Below are positions 38,042 through 53,176 of a DNA stretch of 64,000 bases, piece after piece. How positions within the stretch are numbered: the first letter of the stretch is position 1; each line of letters starts with the position of its first letter. Origin of the DNA: Auanema rhodensis (taxonomy: Eukaryota > Animalia > Nematoda); contig OZ059895.1 in NCBI GenBank assembly GCA_964057225.1, positions 16,244,001 through 16,308,000 on the forward strand. The letters run 5' to 3'. The notes under the pieces were generated by a model, which did not search any database, was not told where the DNA came from, and was given only the letters and a program-made list of their open reading frames with translations. The translations under genes and the position numbers were made by a program.

Positions 38042-38123
38042 CGATCAGGATGAGATTCGAACTCACGCGGGGAAACCCCAATGGATTAGCAGTCCATCGC
38101 CTTAACCACTCGGCCACCTGATC
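38042..38123 (-). tRNA. tRNA-Ser(GCT)
   Basis: GATCAGG/CCTGATC acceptor stem, D-arm TGGCCGAGTGGTTAAGGC, anticodon arm ATGGA-CTGCTAA-TCCAT, long variable arm GGGGTTTCCCC and T-loop GTTCGAATC. A T4 terminator follows on the minus strand. Confidence 0.97.
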
Positions 38124-40183
38124 ACAAAATTTGTTTTTGGTTACCTTGTGTGAAGCTCAATTAAAGTTTTTTTCGTAGAAATGTCAGTTGTCTGTTGAAA
38201 AAAGACTTCAAAATTTCTCATTATAAATAATTGTTGGTATCTTAAGGAAATTCAAAGAAAAATTGTACAAAAGATCTGAAAGAAAATTGAATTAGAAAGT
38301 CACAAATATCAAATTTTGTAGAATAATTGACTTGAATCTCTTAGAAAAACGAATTATTTTCTATTTTCATGAATTATATAAACTAATTATATATTATTTG
38401 CTATAATATATGATAAGTAAGTTATTATGTGAATCATTTCTCATCAACCATTTTTTGAGAATTTTTTTAATGGCAAAAACCGTCCCCCTCCTCCCCGTCC
38501 TCTTTTGTCCGAAAATTTGAGTAAAATTTCTCCTCTCTCACTCCCCCACACATCATTTGAAAATTTAGAATTAAGTTACACCACTAAAGGACAAAATGAT
38601 CAGTAGTTTGATATATCAAGTCACAAACTACAAAAATTTTCAAACTTTTGTAGAAAAAAACATTTGAATATGATGAGGATGCATATACACACACATACAT
38701 CCTTTCTTCGTTTATTAAACCAATTTTCACGTACAGTTTCACGTGGCAAAATTCAAATGATGACGTCAGTTCAACTTTCAAGTTCAAAGATGTAATGAGC
38801 GGTTGGTTTCAATCTTTTTTTTGTTTTATTTTACATGATCATCTGTATGTTTGATGTTAACATCATTTCTCTCACCTCATGATAACTATTTTCGTGCAAA
38901 ATGAATAAAACTGGCACAGACACATACTCATACAACATTGGACAACATGAAACAGAAATATTTTTAAAAGAAAAAGTTCATTTTTACTTTTTTTTTTCGA
39001 CTCTTGTCTCGTACTGTCTATTCTAGCATTTTATTCTCTGGCCTTCCCTCTTCCATCTTTCAATCTATGCTCTAGTACCAGTCCTACCATCTCTTTCTCT
39101 CTCTCTCTCTTCATTTAACATTCAGTTTTCTTATCTTTCCCTCTCTCTCCATTTTTCTCTTATACACACCTATATAGCTCATATCTCTCTCTCTCTCTCT
39201 CTCTCCAATCTTTTCCAACTATCGTTATTTCAATTGCAGTTGATGATAGATCATGTACAGTCATGAGTGCTACTAGACATCTAGACGAACTATTCGTCTC
39301 CGCCCATCTCCATCTGTATGTCTGTATGCCCCTCTGCACGTCTGATGTCTCCTGTTTCGGATCTTCTCAGGGGTCCTGCATGTCAATGCATTATGTCTAT
39401 GTTCTCTCAGCCATTCTCTGTATTTTCTGATTTTAAAATAAATTTTTTCCACCAAAATCATCAGCAATTAGCAGTTTGATAGAGCCAGCTAAGGTTACAT
39501 CATGTTTCAAAGCTGTATATCTCGAGTTTATTTGAATAAAATATTTTTTATTAACTATACATATAGTTAAATTAACTAAAATATCGATTTATGTTAGTTA
39601 CCGACTATTACAATCTTCATGTACATCTTAACTCATCTCATAGATTCATCTTCACTTAACATTTTGCATAAATTCCTACTCACACATTGCCACCACCGAA
39701 AACCTAAAGCATTTTCCAACTTTGGCATAGAGTATTACCAACATATGCCATCGATCGTGTACCTTTCTACGATCTCGATCAACATTCATTGTCCTTGTTT
39801 CAATTCATTCTATCGTTCCTCCTCAATAGTAATCTAATAATGAACAATTTTTACACCGTACTTCAGATAGTTTATGCTGAAAATTGACTCAGTCGTTGAA
39901 TCATCTCTTTTACTTTTTTTTTCGTGGATTTATCTTTATTTTCAAAAACATTACATCAAATATATCTTTTATATGTTATACTTTATAATATTATATATTT
40001 ACTAATTATTCTATTTCTTAGGCTTCTTCATCGAACAGCTCATTGAGCTGTCATACTGCCACCACTTCTCTCTCTCTTAGTCTCTTTCTCTCAACCTCTC
40101 TCGCTGTGCGTGCTCCTCTTCCTTCATACCAATTCCTGTAGTCGTGTAAACTTACGTGAAAGTTCACGTGATCGTAGACGGAA

Positions 40184-43100
40184 ATGAATGTCCTACAAGG
40201 CCTATTATCGGCCGTTTCTCCTCAGTCCGATGGAGATTTTACTGATCGTCTCAACTATTGCATCTCTACCGTAGGTCTAGTGGTAGCTTCTGCCTTCGTG
40301 TCCGGTTGGAGGTGAGTCTGAGAAAGTGCTGTATACGCATGAGTGTGTGTGTGTGTGTGTGGTGCTTCTGGTTCATGAAGTCAGCAGATTACGATTTCAT
40401 ATTGAATTTTCTTCAAAACAATTGATAGCTAAAATCACAAATTTTTGTCAATTCATATTCAGAAGTTCTATCTTTCCATCCAAATTTCAAAAAAAGTTGT
40501 TTAAAATGGCAAACTTGTTTCAAAACTTTATGTATATGAAATTCAAATAATGATGATATTTATGGAAATTATACATTGCAAATTTATATTCAAATAGAAT
40601 TTTCGGAATTTATAATGATTGGAAAAGAAAGAAAATTCTACTGAAATCAATCGATCAAATCTCTGACTCTCAATCAATGAACATGCTCATGCTACATGTA
40701 TTAAGAAAGGAGATAAAGCTTTAGCTTAGTTCAAGTTTAAACTTAAGTTTTCAGTTTCGTTGGTTCACCAATTCAATGCTGGTTTCCAGCCTATTACAAA
40801 GGTTTGTGAATGTTTATTCTAATCTTAGCCGATTGATTCTTATCAAAGAACTGTCAGTTATAACAACAACGTTTCGCACTTTGCAAGCGTTTTTTCGAAA
40901 AAAAAAAAGTAAAATCTTAACGCATGATGCTGCAAGGCTGTTGACGAATAGAGCCTTTATTAGATAATTCATTTGATGATTTATAGGATGGTGGATGGAA
41001 TATGCGTTAGATTATTGTTTTGTACAGAATACATACTATATACCGATGTTTGAAAAGCGTGACGTGCCTGAAACTTGGGATATTGGACAGCATATGATTG
41101 ACATTCCAATCAATGATACTGTACGTGAGCAGAAACAGATTGGTACGTTTAGTTCATTCAACTTGAAACTTGAAACATAGTATAAGCATTACCGTATTCT
41201 CTATTCTAGGTTACTATCAGTGGGTGCCTTTCATCTTGGCTTTCCAAGCTCTATTCTTCTACTTGCCAATTGTGTTCTGGAGAGCTATCTATGATGGAGC
41301 TGGTTAGTTAAGATTGCCATACATCGAGCAACTTTTAGCTTCTCAACTTTCAAAGCATGATGTGCATTGTATGATTATAGGACTCAAGATTGGAACTATC
41401 CTCAATACATGTGCCGTCTCTTCGAATATGGATGAGGAAACACGAGCCAAGAACATGCGAACGATTGCCGGATTTCTGACGCAGGATCATACCGTCTCAA
41501 CATCAGCTGTTGGCAGCAGCCTCAGACGTATCTCAACTGGACGATACATTGTCTTCGCCTATTTGGTAAGTTTCAACACAGCTGTGTATAAGCATCATGA
41601 TGATGACGTCATTATATGATTTAGGGTATCAAGTTGTTGTTTACTCTGAATGCACTTTTCCAATTTGTTGTATTGAAAGAGGTATTAGGTGTTGACAGCT
41701 ACAGCTGGGGATGGGATGTATCTCGTGATTTGATCAGCGGAGTTGAATGGCCAGAAACTGGCAACTTCCCAAGGTTTGTAACAACTTAAACAGAGAAAAG
41801 CTCAACATCATCATGAATCTTGTCTGATTTTCTGATTGTCATTGTTCAGAATCACCTTGTGCGACTATTCGGTTCGAGTTTTGGGAAATATGCATAAGCA
41901 TACTGTCCAATGTGTCTTGATGATTAATATGTTTAACGAAAAGATCTTTATCGGATTATGGTACTGGCTCTGTATCATGTTCACTCTTACGTATGTTTAT
42001 GCTAAGTTGAAACATGCTGAAATCTTTGTTATTACAGCCTTACCAGCTTCTTGAAGTGGACTATCAACACCTTCTTGCCTAATAGTGGCAGCAACTTAGT
42101 CAACAACTACATCAACAAGGTATACACCTCTAGCTATTTAACTATATGTATATAGTTAATTATCAAAATATCTGTTGTAGATTGATCCTTCCGTTGCCCG
42201 CAGCATGCACAAGAAGGATATGCTTCGTGATTTCGTGAGACTGAAGCTCAGACCTGACGGTGTTTTCCTTGTTCGCCTCATCGGTTAGTTGCAACATTCA
42301 TTTGATTTTTTAGTCTTCAATCTTTTAAAAACCTCACCATTATACTTAACCGAATTATCTGCTGCATTTCGTGTTGCTAAGTACTAAGGTCAAACCGCTT
42401 GAAGAAAGTTGTTTCTTCTCTTCATTGGGAAATTTTTTTGTTTCTTTGAGTAAATTGACTGGAAGAAAGATAGATTGAGTTGATGATGATGATGTTGACA
42501 TCACTGAGAGAATAAGTTCAAAAGAGGGAAAGAGGGCATCAAAGAGTCAAGAAAACGAGAAAGGTGAAAGAAGAGAGAGAGAGAGAAAGAGAGAAAGAAT
42601 GGATCGGCGTGATGATTGTGATGATGATGATCGCTAGGTCAGTCTCATCCGTCCTTTTAGTCCGTTCAATGCCAAAGCCTTCTGTCGATTGCCGTAAAAG
42701 GACTGTCAATGTGTATGTGTCTCTGTGTGTGTGTGTGTGGAGGACATGCAGAAGAATTTATATGAATGAACGAACACATCAAGAAGAAGAAGATAAATGA
42801 AAGGGATTGATATACGAATAGACGAACGTGAGATGATTAGAAGGTTGCGATGAGATGAGGGTAAAGGTAGATAGATGTAGCTCGAAGGCCAATTATCGGC
42901 CTGTGAGAAAGAAACAGAAAGAGAGAAAGAGAGTAAGATGGTTTTGAGAAGAGGGAAGTATGAAAGATGCTGTATGAAGGATATGATGATCTTGGAATGA
43001 AACTTAACCTTCTTCCAGACATTGAAAAAGTTTCAATTCTTACCAAAATTCGATTGTTTATGCTTTGAGACGACGTTTCTTTGAAGTTTTCCGAAGGGCG

Positions 43101-43432
43101 TAGAAAAAACTTGACCGATAGTCGGACAAGACATTGAAAATGAGTTGAAAAGAGAGAATATGGCTGAATAACAACCGCTCGTTATACATCTGTTATGAAA
43201 AATGATTTGAACTTTGACGTGATTGACGTGAAACAATATATTCAGATCAATTTGAATGATATAGTATATGCTAATTATAATATTTGCAGCTGATAATCAT
43301 GGTGATATGGTAACATGTGCATTGCTGAAGACACTCTGGGAAGAGTTTGTGAAGTCACGTGGAGAACGTCCACCACCATACTCGGAGCCACTTCTGATGA
43401 AGCAACGCAAGATCAGCGACAGTGAGCTGTAA
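40184..43432 (+). CDS. inx-12: Innexin (gap-junction protein), INX-12 type
   Basis: [87 protein letters not shown] and a C-terminal PPPY. Confidence 0.9.
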
Positions 43433-45326
43433 TGAGATAATCAGATCAGATGAAAGATGTCACATCAAAGAGATAGCCGCTTCAGCTTCATAAAGCCAAC
43501 AATTTTGTTTTTTTCTTGTCTTTTTCTTCCAACCGCATTCATGCGTTATTGGATAATTATGCTAGATAAGTTATATATATATATATATACATATAGCTAT
43601 GTGAACCTAAGTCCGAATCATTCTTCCAAATTCCGATACCCAAACCTATTTTCAAAGCTTTTTTTAGCTCTTTTCATCAGATTGATTATAAGTGAAAATG
43701 TGATTAAGTGCTTCTTCCGACGTGATACATAATATATATTTAGTTTTATTTAACTATATATATATAGTTAGTATATATAGTTTAAATCTATTTTGAAATT
43801 GGTATTCTATGATTCACGTGTCGTACGTATGCTTTGCTCCTCATTCCTTCTTTCTATCTTCTATCTCACCCTCGTAACTCTCTTTCTCTCTCAACACTCT
43901 TTATATCTCTTATCTATCTCTCTCTATGTCTCTATCTCTCTCGCTCACACTTTTACTCTTTCTCCTGTTCAGTTTTCTACTAGATTTGGCAGATTAGAGA
44001 GAGAGGGGGAGCGATTGAATACGTGAGTTAGATGAAAAGATGAGAAAGAGTTAACAGACCTTACCAGCGAACATTCTTTTACTGTATAGTTAGTAGCTGA
44101 GGCTTCAGCATCTACTTCACGTCTTCGATATTTCATTCCAGTCTTCAGGTTCATATAAGTCTGAAGCCTGATACATCTTGCGAATTCAACGACAACCATT
44201 TTGTGTTTCTTTCTCTCATTTCTCTTCAAGCTCATTGATAAAGAACCCAGCTCTGTTTCCAAATCTCTCTTTCTTTCTCTTTATCTCTCTGCCTGTCTAA
44301 CTCTTCCAACTGTCTCATTATCTCTCGAGATCCCAGGTCTCAGCAGCTCTCGAAAAATAGAAAAAAGAAGTTTATAGGAGATTATTTGTCATTAGTATCT
44401 GTCATGTTTTACGATAATAAATGGATTTGTCCTTGACGTTTTGGTAGTTTTTGTTTCTCGTCACCAGCAACGTCAACGTTGACGTCGAAGTTGTCGCCAT
44501 CGTTGTCATCGTGGTTGATTCCAAGGGGTTTGTCAGCATTGCACGATGCGCTAAGCATCGGCATTCTGAAGGATGGTATAGGGGAGAGGGCCCATCATAC
44601 TCACATACACACTTACATACACACACGCACACACATGCATCAAAAATATTTCAATGACTCTGCATGTCTCATGCCTTCTTCGGTCTTTCCGTGAACAGTT
44701 TCGCACAGCAGACGACGATAGGCCATCCGCAGAGAGTACACGAGGACGAAGAGTCAACAGACCATCAGACGTATGATCAGATAGTGGGTGGAGTCAATAC
44801 GGTCTGGACTAGAGATTATACATTTTCCAGAGACATAGAGAGGTCAGAGATCCATGAGAGAGTAGGACAGTTCCGACAGCCATACAGTCAGGCTTCGACA
44901 GTCTACATCGACGTCGTCCGGCTGGTAGGTGTCCCATCTCTTCTCTCTCACACACACACTCTTCTATAGAGACTACCGTAACGATTGAATCCATATTCTG
45001 AATCTGTATACGATGTGTGTATACGTTCATCAGTCTGCCTTTCCCACATTTTATTTCAAAATGTTATAATTTTAAAAATATTTTATTCTATTCGAGACCT
45101 ATTTTTTCTTTTGTTAATTAATTTACTTTTATCGTTCTTGTTTACCAGTTAACGTCTTTTTCTGATTTTGTATTTCAGGCAGCTGCCACGGACATAACAT
45201 TACCGACCGGGACCAAGCAGCTTCCGAGAACAACCAAACGACGACGATTCAACGATTAACCAGAAGAATTGCTCTAGATTAAGCAAAAGTTACTCCAGAC
45301 AAAGCTTCTCTGACTGAATTGGCAAC

Positions 45327-48085
45327 ATGTTCTTTCTGGATGCCTTCCTGAAGGGCTTGAAGCCTCAATTTGACGATGACGGTTGTGATCGACTTAACTA
45401 CTACTATACTCCAATGCTTCTCGTCATTTTCTCTTTGACGCTATCAGCTAAACAGTACGTTTTTCTTTCATTTTTTTCAGTTTTTCAATTTTATAAAATT
45501 GGTTTCATAACGATTATTCAACCTTTTGCAACTTTTGCTGTCCTAATGAACTTTCCTAGTGTTCATTCTTTCAAAAATGGCCTGAATGAACCATCTGCTG
45601 CTGACATTCTGAGAAATTGACTATCTGAGTTCAAGATGTCCTTTTTTCAAAATTCTATTATTAAAATTTATATATTTTTCTCTTAATGCCTTGTATATTC
45701 AAGTTCAACATGACCCGAATATGCTCAATTGGACTATCGAGTCTGTCAATCCTTCCACGTTCTTCATACATCCTTATAATTCCAAAATGAGTTTAAACTT
45801 GACTCATTTGATGAGAACTATCAAGCAGAAGTAGCAACATCATGCACACAGATCATTCAGACCTCTTGTCTTGATTTTTTTGCTGCAAAAAATTCGGAAA
45901 AAAGTAGATTTTTCCTAAATAGCCTCGAACTAGCATTTGCACTTGTTCATTGAATTTGATAAAAAAGAAACATATAATATAATTTAAATTCAATATTTAG
46001 AATTTAGAAAAAAAATAAAATATAATCGAACTTGATAGATTCATGTCATACAAGTCATTTTGGGCTTTTTTTTGCATAAAAACTTATCTTCTTATAACAT
46101 CTATTGTTTATCTTTCCATTTCAAACTTTTTTAATCCACAAAAAAAAGAAAGTTTTCGATGATTAACAGCAGCAGAAGTGTAGGAATGATGTTAATGCTG
46201 TTGATCTATTGCTATTCCTCATGCTATTGCTGCTTCTTATCATGAAACTCTAACGAAAGTTATGGCTTATGTAACAACTTCTCATATGTATGCTCTCAAT
46301 TACAACTATATCTATTGATTTCATTCAAAAATACCTTTTTTCATCACAAAATTTCCTGTTTGATTAGATTTGAGAAGTCGAAAATTCAAAAATTCAATGT
46401 TTCTATTAGTTTGATCGATGAATGTGAATTGATTGAAATTCTCAATTGTGATTCAGACGGACTAGCTCATGCGCATATGTAATGAGCTCCGATCATCATA
46501 GTTTTAGAGAATTTGTCGAAAGATCAAAACTAAATTCCGTTTTAAATGATTTTTTTCAATTTACTCTAATCAATATTCGTGATTTTTAAAGGAAAAAGGT
46601 GACAAATCATGTTACATCAAAGAGAGAGGGAGCGATAAGTTTTGGAGAGGAAAGAGGGACTGTTAATAGAGAAATGGGGGGGGATGCACATGCAAATGTT
46701 CGGGATGCTGAGCTTGGACAATCAATCGTTCAGACAGTTCATTAACCAAAATGACGTCATCTCATCAACATCAGAATTGATGTGATGAGGTTTAAAGAGA
46801 TCCTACTATATGATCATCTCCATAATTGATGTCATTATGCAATGATCTTTCATGATCATGAAGAAGGATTGCGGCTCTGAAGTCATGGTATAGATGATGA
46901 AGATGATGATGATGATGCTAGAGCAATACAACAGTCAATGAATTTCATTCAACAGCTGTTGTATAATGATTGAAAATTTCATTTTGTCTATATTTTTTGA
47001 GAAAATTGACAGTGTATGAGACGAGATTTAGCAGAAAGTAAGAAGAAGACAGAGAGAGAGAGAGAGAAAGAGGGGGAGAGGGAGAGAGAGAGAGAGAGAT
47101 TTAAAGTACTGCTGCTGTTATTGCTGTTACCATTCATGTTGATGCTGTTGTTTCAGGCAAAATCAATCAATCTTCTGATCCTTAGTACTCTTTACCTCTA
47201 ATAAAGACATATAGTTAGGCAGATAAAGAGAGAGAGAGAATGAGAGAGAGAGAGAGATAGAGAGAGAGTCAAATGAGCTTTAAGAGAGAATCCTTTGTTC
47301 ATAGTTTTCATCAATTGGAATACGAGATAAATCTATTAAAATGGAAAGTACTTATACTCTTTAGGATCAACATTACTGAAATGCTCTTGAATTTCTGTCT
47401 TTTTCCATAATTTGAAAGTGAAATTCCTGTTAGGAAAGTGAAGAGAGAACGGGGGACCTACACGATGTACAGACATGTATTCATTGAAGGCCCTGACTTT
47501 TCATGATGATGAGGATGGGAGGATGAGGACGATCTCTCTTGTGTGTATTCGACTATGTTTGGATGTATTCACAATCAAATGGCCTGGAATACATTAGCAA
47601 AGCAATTGCCATGCTATTTCATTTGTTTTCTCCTTGTTTACCTGCTGACCACAATATATTTGGAGGCTATTGATATGACATAGTGAGATGAATGGCTGAA
47701 AGAGGAGCCAGAAAGTAGATGGGAAAAGGGAGAATAACGAAGATGTTTTAATCATTTTCATATCCGGTATTCTGGATAATGAGAAAGGAGAGAAAGAGTA
47801 GCTAAATGAGGGAAAATGCATGGTTTTCCACTCATCTGCTATTGCTAAAGGTCAACACTGGTTTTTCCACTTCAAGTGCATTACCTGCCAGCTAGGAAAC
47901 CGTGTTTCTGCGAACATCGTCATCATCATTGCTGCCATTTAGTTTGTTTTTGTCATTTTCAATGAGAAAAAGCTTCACGAGTATTATGTATTTTCTCTTT
48001 TCTGAATCAATCATCTTATCTATCTGCCTTAATCAGAAGAGGAGTTACCTTCAAAGGTTAAAGGTGTGCCCTATGTAGAGAGGTG

Positions 48086-48155
<70 letters not shown>

Positions 48156-49816
48156 ACTGTGTGTGGTTTTGCCTTCCATTGGTCTGCCATATATGGCCCA
48201 AGGACGATCACACGATCAAGATTAGAATCGATGGAGGCCGACAGTGCACGGAAGAGGCAAAAGGGGCTAGAAGAAAGAGGCAAAGATATTCCGAGAGAGA
48301 GAGAGAGTTGAAGAAAGATACAGGAGATAGTATGTATAGATGGAGAAATATGCTAAAAGATGAGGAAAATTGAAGGAAAACAAGGGCAAAGTAGAGAGTG
48401 TATGTCTGAAACTGGGAATAAGGAGGCAAATTGGTGGTTAAAAAGGCGAAAAGAAAAGGAGAGGGGGGGGGTGAGTGTAAAGGAATTTGTATTTCTAACC
48501 GCCAGAGGTTAAATTACATCTTCGATAACTATGCTAGGAGTCAGTGAATGAGAGGGGATGTCATGGAATAGTATTTTGAAGAAAAGAAGGATTATAAGCT
48601 TATTTGCAACCAGAAACTTGTAACCTATTAAAGATTGTCGGTGAGAAAGTTGGATGACGAACTTGAAGCGTGTGTTCACATACTGATAGAAGTTTTTATG
48701 TAGCCAATAATCCAATCAAGACCATTTATAGAAATATTATATTTTTACAAAAATATTCGATCAATAACACATTGATACTAATATTTATATAAAAATAACT
48801 GAAGCTAATTAGATTTTCATGGATAATTAACTTCAATTTTCGGTGTTATCTTTTGTTTTTTTTTGTGTTTGTTTTTGAAATATTGTAACAACTTTATAAC
48901 AAATTATATGAAATATCAACAATAACAACAACATCTAAATATAATAGTTAGGAAGTTAACTATAATATAGTTATATAGTTAAGAAATTATATATTATTGT
49001 TTCTATTTATATTGTATTTTCATCGTTTATTTCACGGACATCTCTCGGAAAATCCCATCAATCGAAACAAGAGACAAATGATTTTTTCGCTTTTTTTTGC
49101 AAAAAAGGGAAATGATTTTCCAATGATAGCATATCTTAGGAAATGTTTGATTGTGTTTAAGGGGGTTTAGAGAGAGAAGGGGGGGGGGTTGGATGTCTTT
49201 CGAAGATTCTGATATTGATTTTCGAAAATGATTGTTGTTGGAAGTTTTCATTTGAACTTATTTGAGCATATATATGTATTTCGTTAAGAAACTGTTGAAG
49301 AGTTATACACATTGATTGATTGGAAAAGGAAGGGAGGACGTATATGCACTCTTAACTATACATATATAGTTAATATTTGAGGTCTTTCGTTGAAAAACGA
49401 TAGAGTGTATGCATGTTTCATGTAATATTTAACTTCAATTCAGTCAATTTATAAAGGAAAATGAATGGCAATTGATACATGGAAGCCAAGTTTACCTAGA
49501 GGACATCACACCTTCTCAAAACTACTCTCTCCCTCTCTCCTTCTCCTTGTCCCTGTCACTTAACTCCTTTCCAGCATAGTACCAAACTTGATCTTTTATT
49601 TCTTTTCTTCACTATGCATATGATACACATTGTTGTTTGTTCACGAAAATTTTCAAACATGGGCTTGAGGAGACTTGAAAAATTGATTCTGGAGGTTTGG
49701 CTTTGATCTGATGATCTATGATTTGCCGGACATTTTTACGTCCGAATGTTCATCAATTGTCAGTCCCATCGAACTGTTTGGCAAAACTGGAATTGGTGGT
49801 TAGTTAACCTCTCTAC

Positions 49817-49890
<74 letters not shown>

Positions 49891-51713
49891 CCCTCTCTTT
49901 CTCTCCTTTCCTCTCATTTCTCTCACCTTTTTTCCTTCATATTGCCTCCTCGTTTATATGAACAGGAATGCAAAGTTAAAGTAATAGCAAATACAGCAAA
50001 CCTTGGGGACCTAATAAAAAGCTTAGATTTTCAATTCATTATAGTTTATTAAGTTTTCTAATAATTAATGTTTTTAGATATGTTGGACAACCAATTCAAT
50101 GCTGGATTCCAGCTCAGTTTACTGGAGCTTGGGAACAATATAGTGAAAATTACTGCTTCGTTCAGAATACATACTTCGTTCGACCAGATGCTCACATTCC
50201 TGACTCGTCAGCTGAGCGAGAAAGCACTGAACTAGGTATGTTGATTACTTACTAAGAAGGAAGAATTGAGGAAAGTAGTTGTTGAGATAAGAAGGGTAGA
50301 AATGAAAAACAGCCGAATCTCTTGTATATCTGTCAGATTGATGTAATAGAATCATCTTACGCTTGACTTCATTCGGTTTAGAAGAAAAGAGGTTTTTTTT
50401 TGGAAAAATGATTCGGGTTGTTATGACATGTTTGATGTTCCGAAAGGTCAAAAAACAAGCCATCTCATGCATTGGATTATCTACACAACGTTGATTGTCA
50501 AGAGATATATCTTGTAAGAAAGGTCATAAAGAAAAAAAGGTTAAAAGGTAAAATAAAGAGAGAAGGACAGAGAGAGAGAGAGAAAAGTGTTATGCGGAGT
50601 TGGTGCGATAAGGATTAAGAAGAGACAAGAGATAAAGTTGGAAAGAGATTGGCTCATCATCAACGATAATTAGTTGTGTCATCCTGTTTTCTCATATTAC
50701 TGTCTGATGTTGAAGAAATGATGTACAATGCTGCTAAATATTCTGGAACTTGGCGAGAGAGGGAAAAGAATCATAAGGCTTAGGATGTCGGCAGTGAGAG
50801 AGTGAAGGGGATTATGTTTTGTTAACACCTTCAGATCTTGCATCACCAGAAGGTAATCAGCCACATACGATACCATTTCTGAGTTGTCACGTAATCAGAC
50901 TTCTGATTGCCAGCATCTCTTATCGTCATCCGTAGTCCTTCATGCAGATTGAGGTTGTAATCATTCATTAACACATGCTAGACGATCTTCTCATCGTCCT
51001 CAGCATCTTTCACATCATCCGTCTTCTTCAGTAGTCAGATGAAGATGATGACTGTGGTCAGTCCATGATGCCGACTGACGTTGACATCATGACTAGAATC
51101 TGAGGATAAGATGATGTGTCACGTCATCTTACCGACGCTCAGACGTTTTTTTTTCCAATCTCATCGTTTTTGAAGGACTAAGCAACAAGTGAACTGTCAT
51201 AACGCATTCATCTCGATTGAGAATCTGCAGTATTTGTATACGAACATATGTGTTAGCCGATTGAATATACAGCTAATGTGACATCTGAATCCATTTTTTC
51301 GCACGAAAATCAATTAGTTGAATCAGATGATGGACGTCAGATAATCTCATCATCATGTTGATGTTGCTACTCCTGCTGATATTGTACATTCAACTCCCAA
51401 ATGGACAATGACAACTGTCAATCGCTCCTGTATTGCTGAGGAGGACTCTGATGGAGAAAACATTAAAGAAATGTCCTTTTGTCATTCAAGTGATAATGAT
51501 CAAAGTCACATGTACTTCTGATTTGGAATTGCAATTACCATCATCAACATGATGAGTTAGCTCTATCTATCCATCTCTATCTCTTGTCAGTTCAATTTAC
51601 TTCAAGCAAGTGTTCCAAATGGCCATCATCATCATCATTACATACAAACTGTACAGATAGAATTAAGGTCGAATTCATGTCCATCATACTCAACTGAATG
51701 CATAATGAGGGAA

Positions 51714-51758
<45 letters not shown>

Positions 51759-53110
51759 GTTATAGATCTGTTTTACGGGTTGTAATTTCATGGACATCAA
51801 CACACATACCCATAACCGAATGACGGGTCGGCCCATAACAATGAATTTTTGTGTTCCGAAGATGAATTCCCTTAACCATATACGAATGGTTTCTTGTTAT
51901 TCAGATGGGATTATAGGTTATGATCTTGTATAGAGAGAATCGGAAAGAAAGGAGAGGGGGGGGGGGGTGCAGAAAGAGAGAGGGAGGGAAAGAGAGAGAA
52001 TTGAAATTCTAATTAGAGTTGAAATGAAGGGAAAATAGATTTTATGGATTTTGTGTGTAGAGGGAGTGATGATCAAGAGTAATTATTAAAATTTTCTGTA
52101 AATATGAAGATTCTGACGCTGATATGATCATCTGTTTTCAGGATACTACCAGTGGGTGCCTTTCATCTTAGGTATTCAAGCTATTCTCTTCTATCTCCCA
52201 GCTCTCGTATGGCGATTCTTCAACTGGCAAAGCGGTAAGTTTTCTCATCTTCATAAGCATATCCAACATAATGCCTTTGACCGTATTATCATGTTTCAGG
52301 AATTGCCGTCAAGTCGATCGTGATGATGGCTCGTGATACAAGCAACATGAAGGTGGAACGCAGAAAAGATTCAGTTACCGTCGTTGGAGCTCACATTCAC
52401 GATTCTCTTCGTACTCAGCAAAAACTTCAGAAACTTAGTTAGTTTTTGGTTTTTTTCAGTTTTCTCTCATTTTTGGACAAATTAGAAACATTGATTTGAA
52501 TACAATTATGGTCAAAAATAGATTTTGATGCGAGTTTGGTGTCTGATAATCGTATTAGCACGAAATGGAAGAACAGTGATCAAAGGGAGAGAGAGAGAGA
52601 GAAAGAGAATCTCTCTTTAGTGCCTAAGAAAAAAATTGCTGACAAATTACCTGTATATTACCAATAATTAAAAAATTCTCATAGATTCGGAATGAAAATT
52701 AAAATTTGAATTTTTTAAGAAAAAATGATTTTGCAGGTGGTGTTGCATCATTCGTTCACAAAGGAGCTTACTTGACCAGCTTGTACCTCTTCGTCAAATT
52801 CTTATATCTTCTTCAAGTTGCTATGCAATTCATTATCCTCAACAAGTAACTTGAAGCAACTTCAGTGTCTCATATTCAAATTGCGTTTACAGTTTCCTCT
52901 CAACTTCATACACCTTCTGGGGATTCGGAATTCTGTCGGATCTTGTACATGGACGTGAATGGCAAGAAAGTGGACATTTTCCAAGGTAAAATGGAAATTC
53001 GAGAAGCAATTTAAAGGCAAAAAAAGAAAAGAAAAAGGGGCTCATCCAATCATGTTTTTCATCCGAAAACGTATTTTCATTTTGCATCAAGGTTTTGTGA
53101 CAAAGAGAGA

Positions 53111-53176
<66 letters not shown>

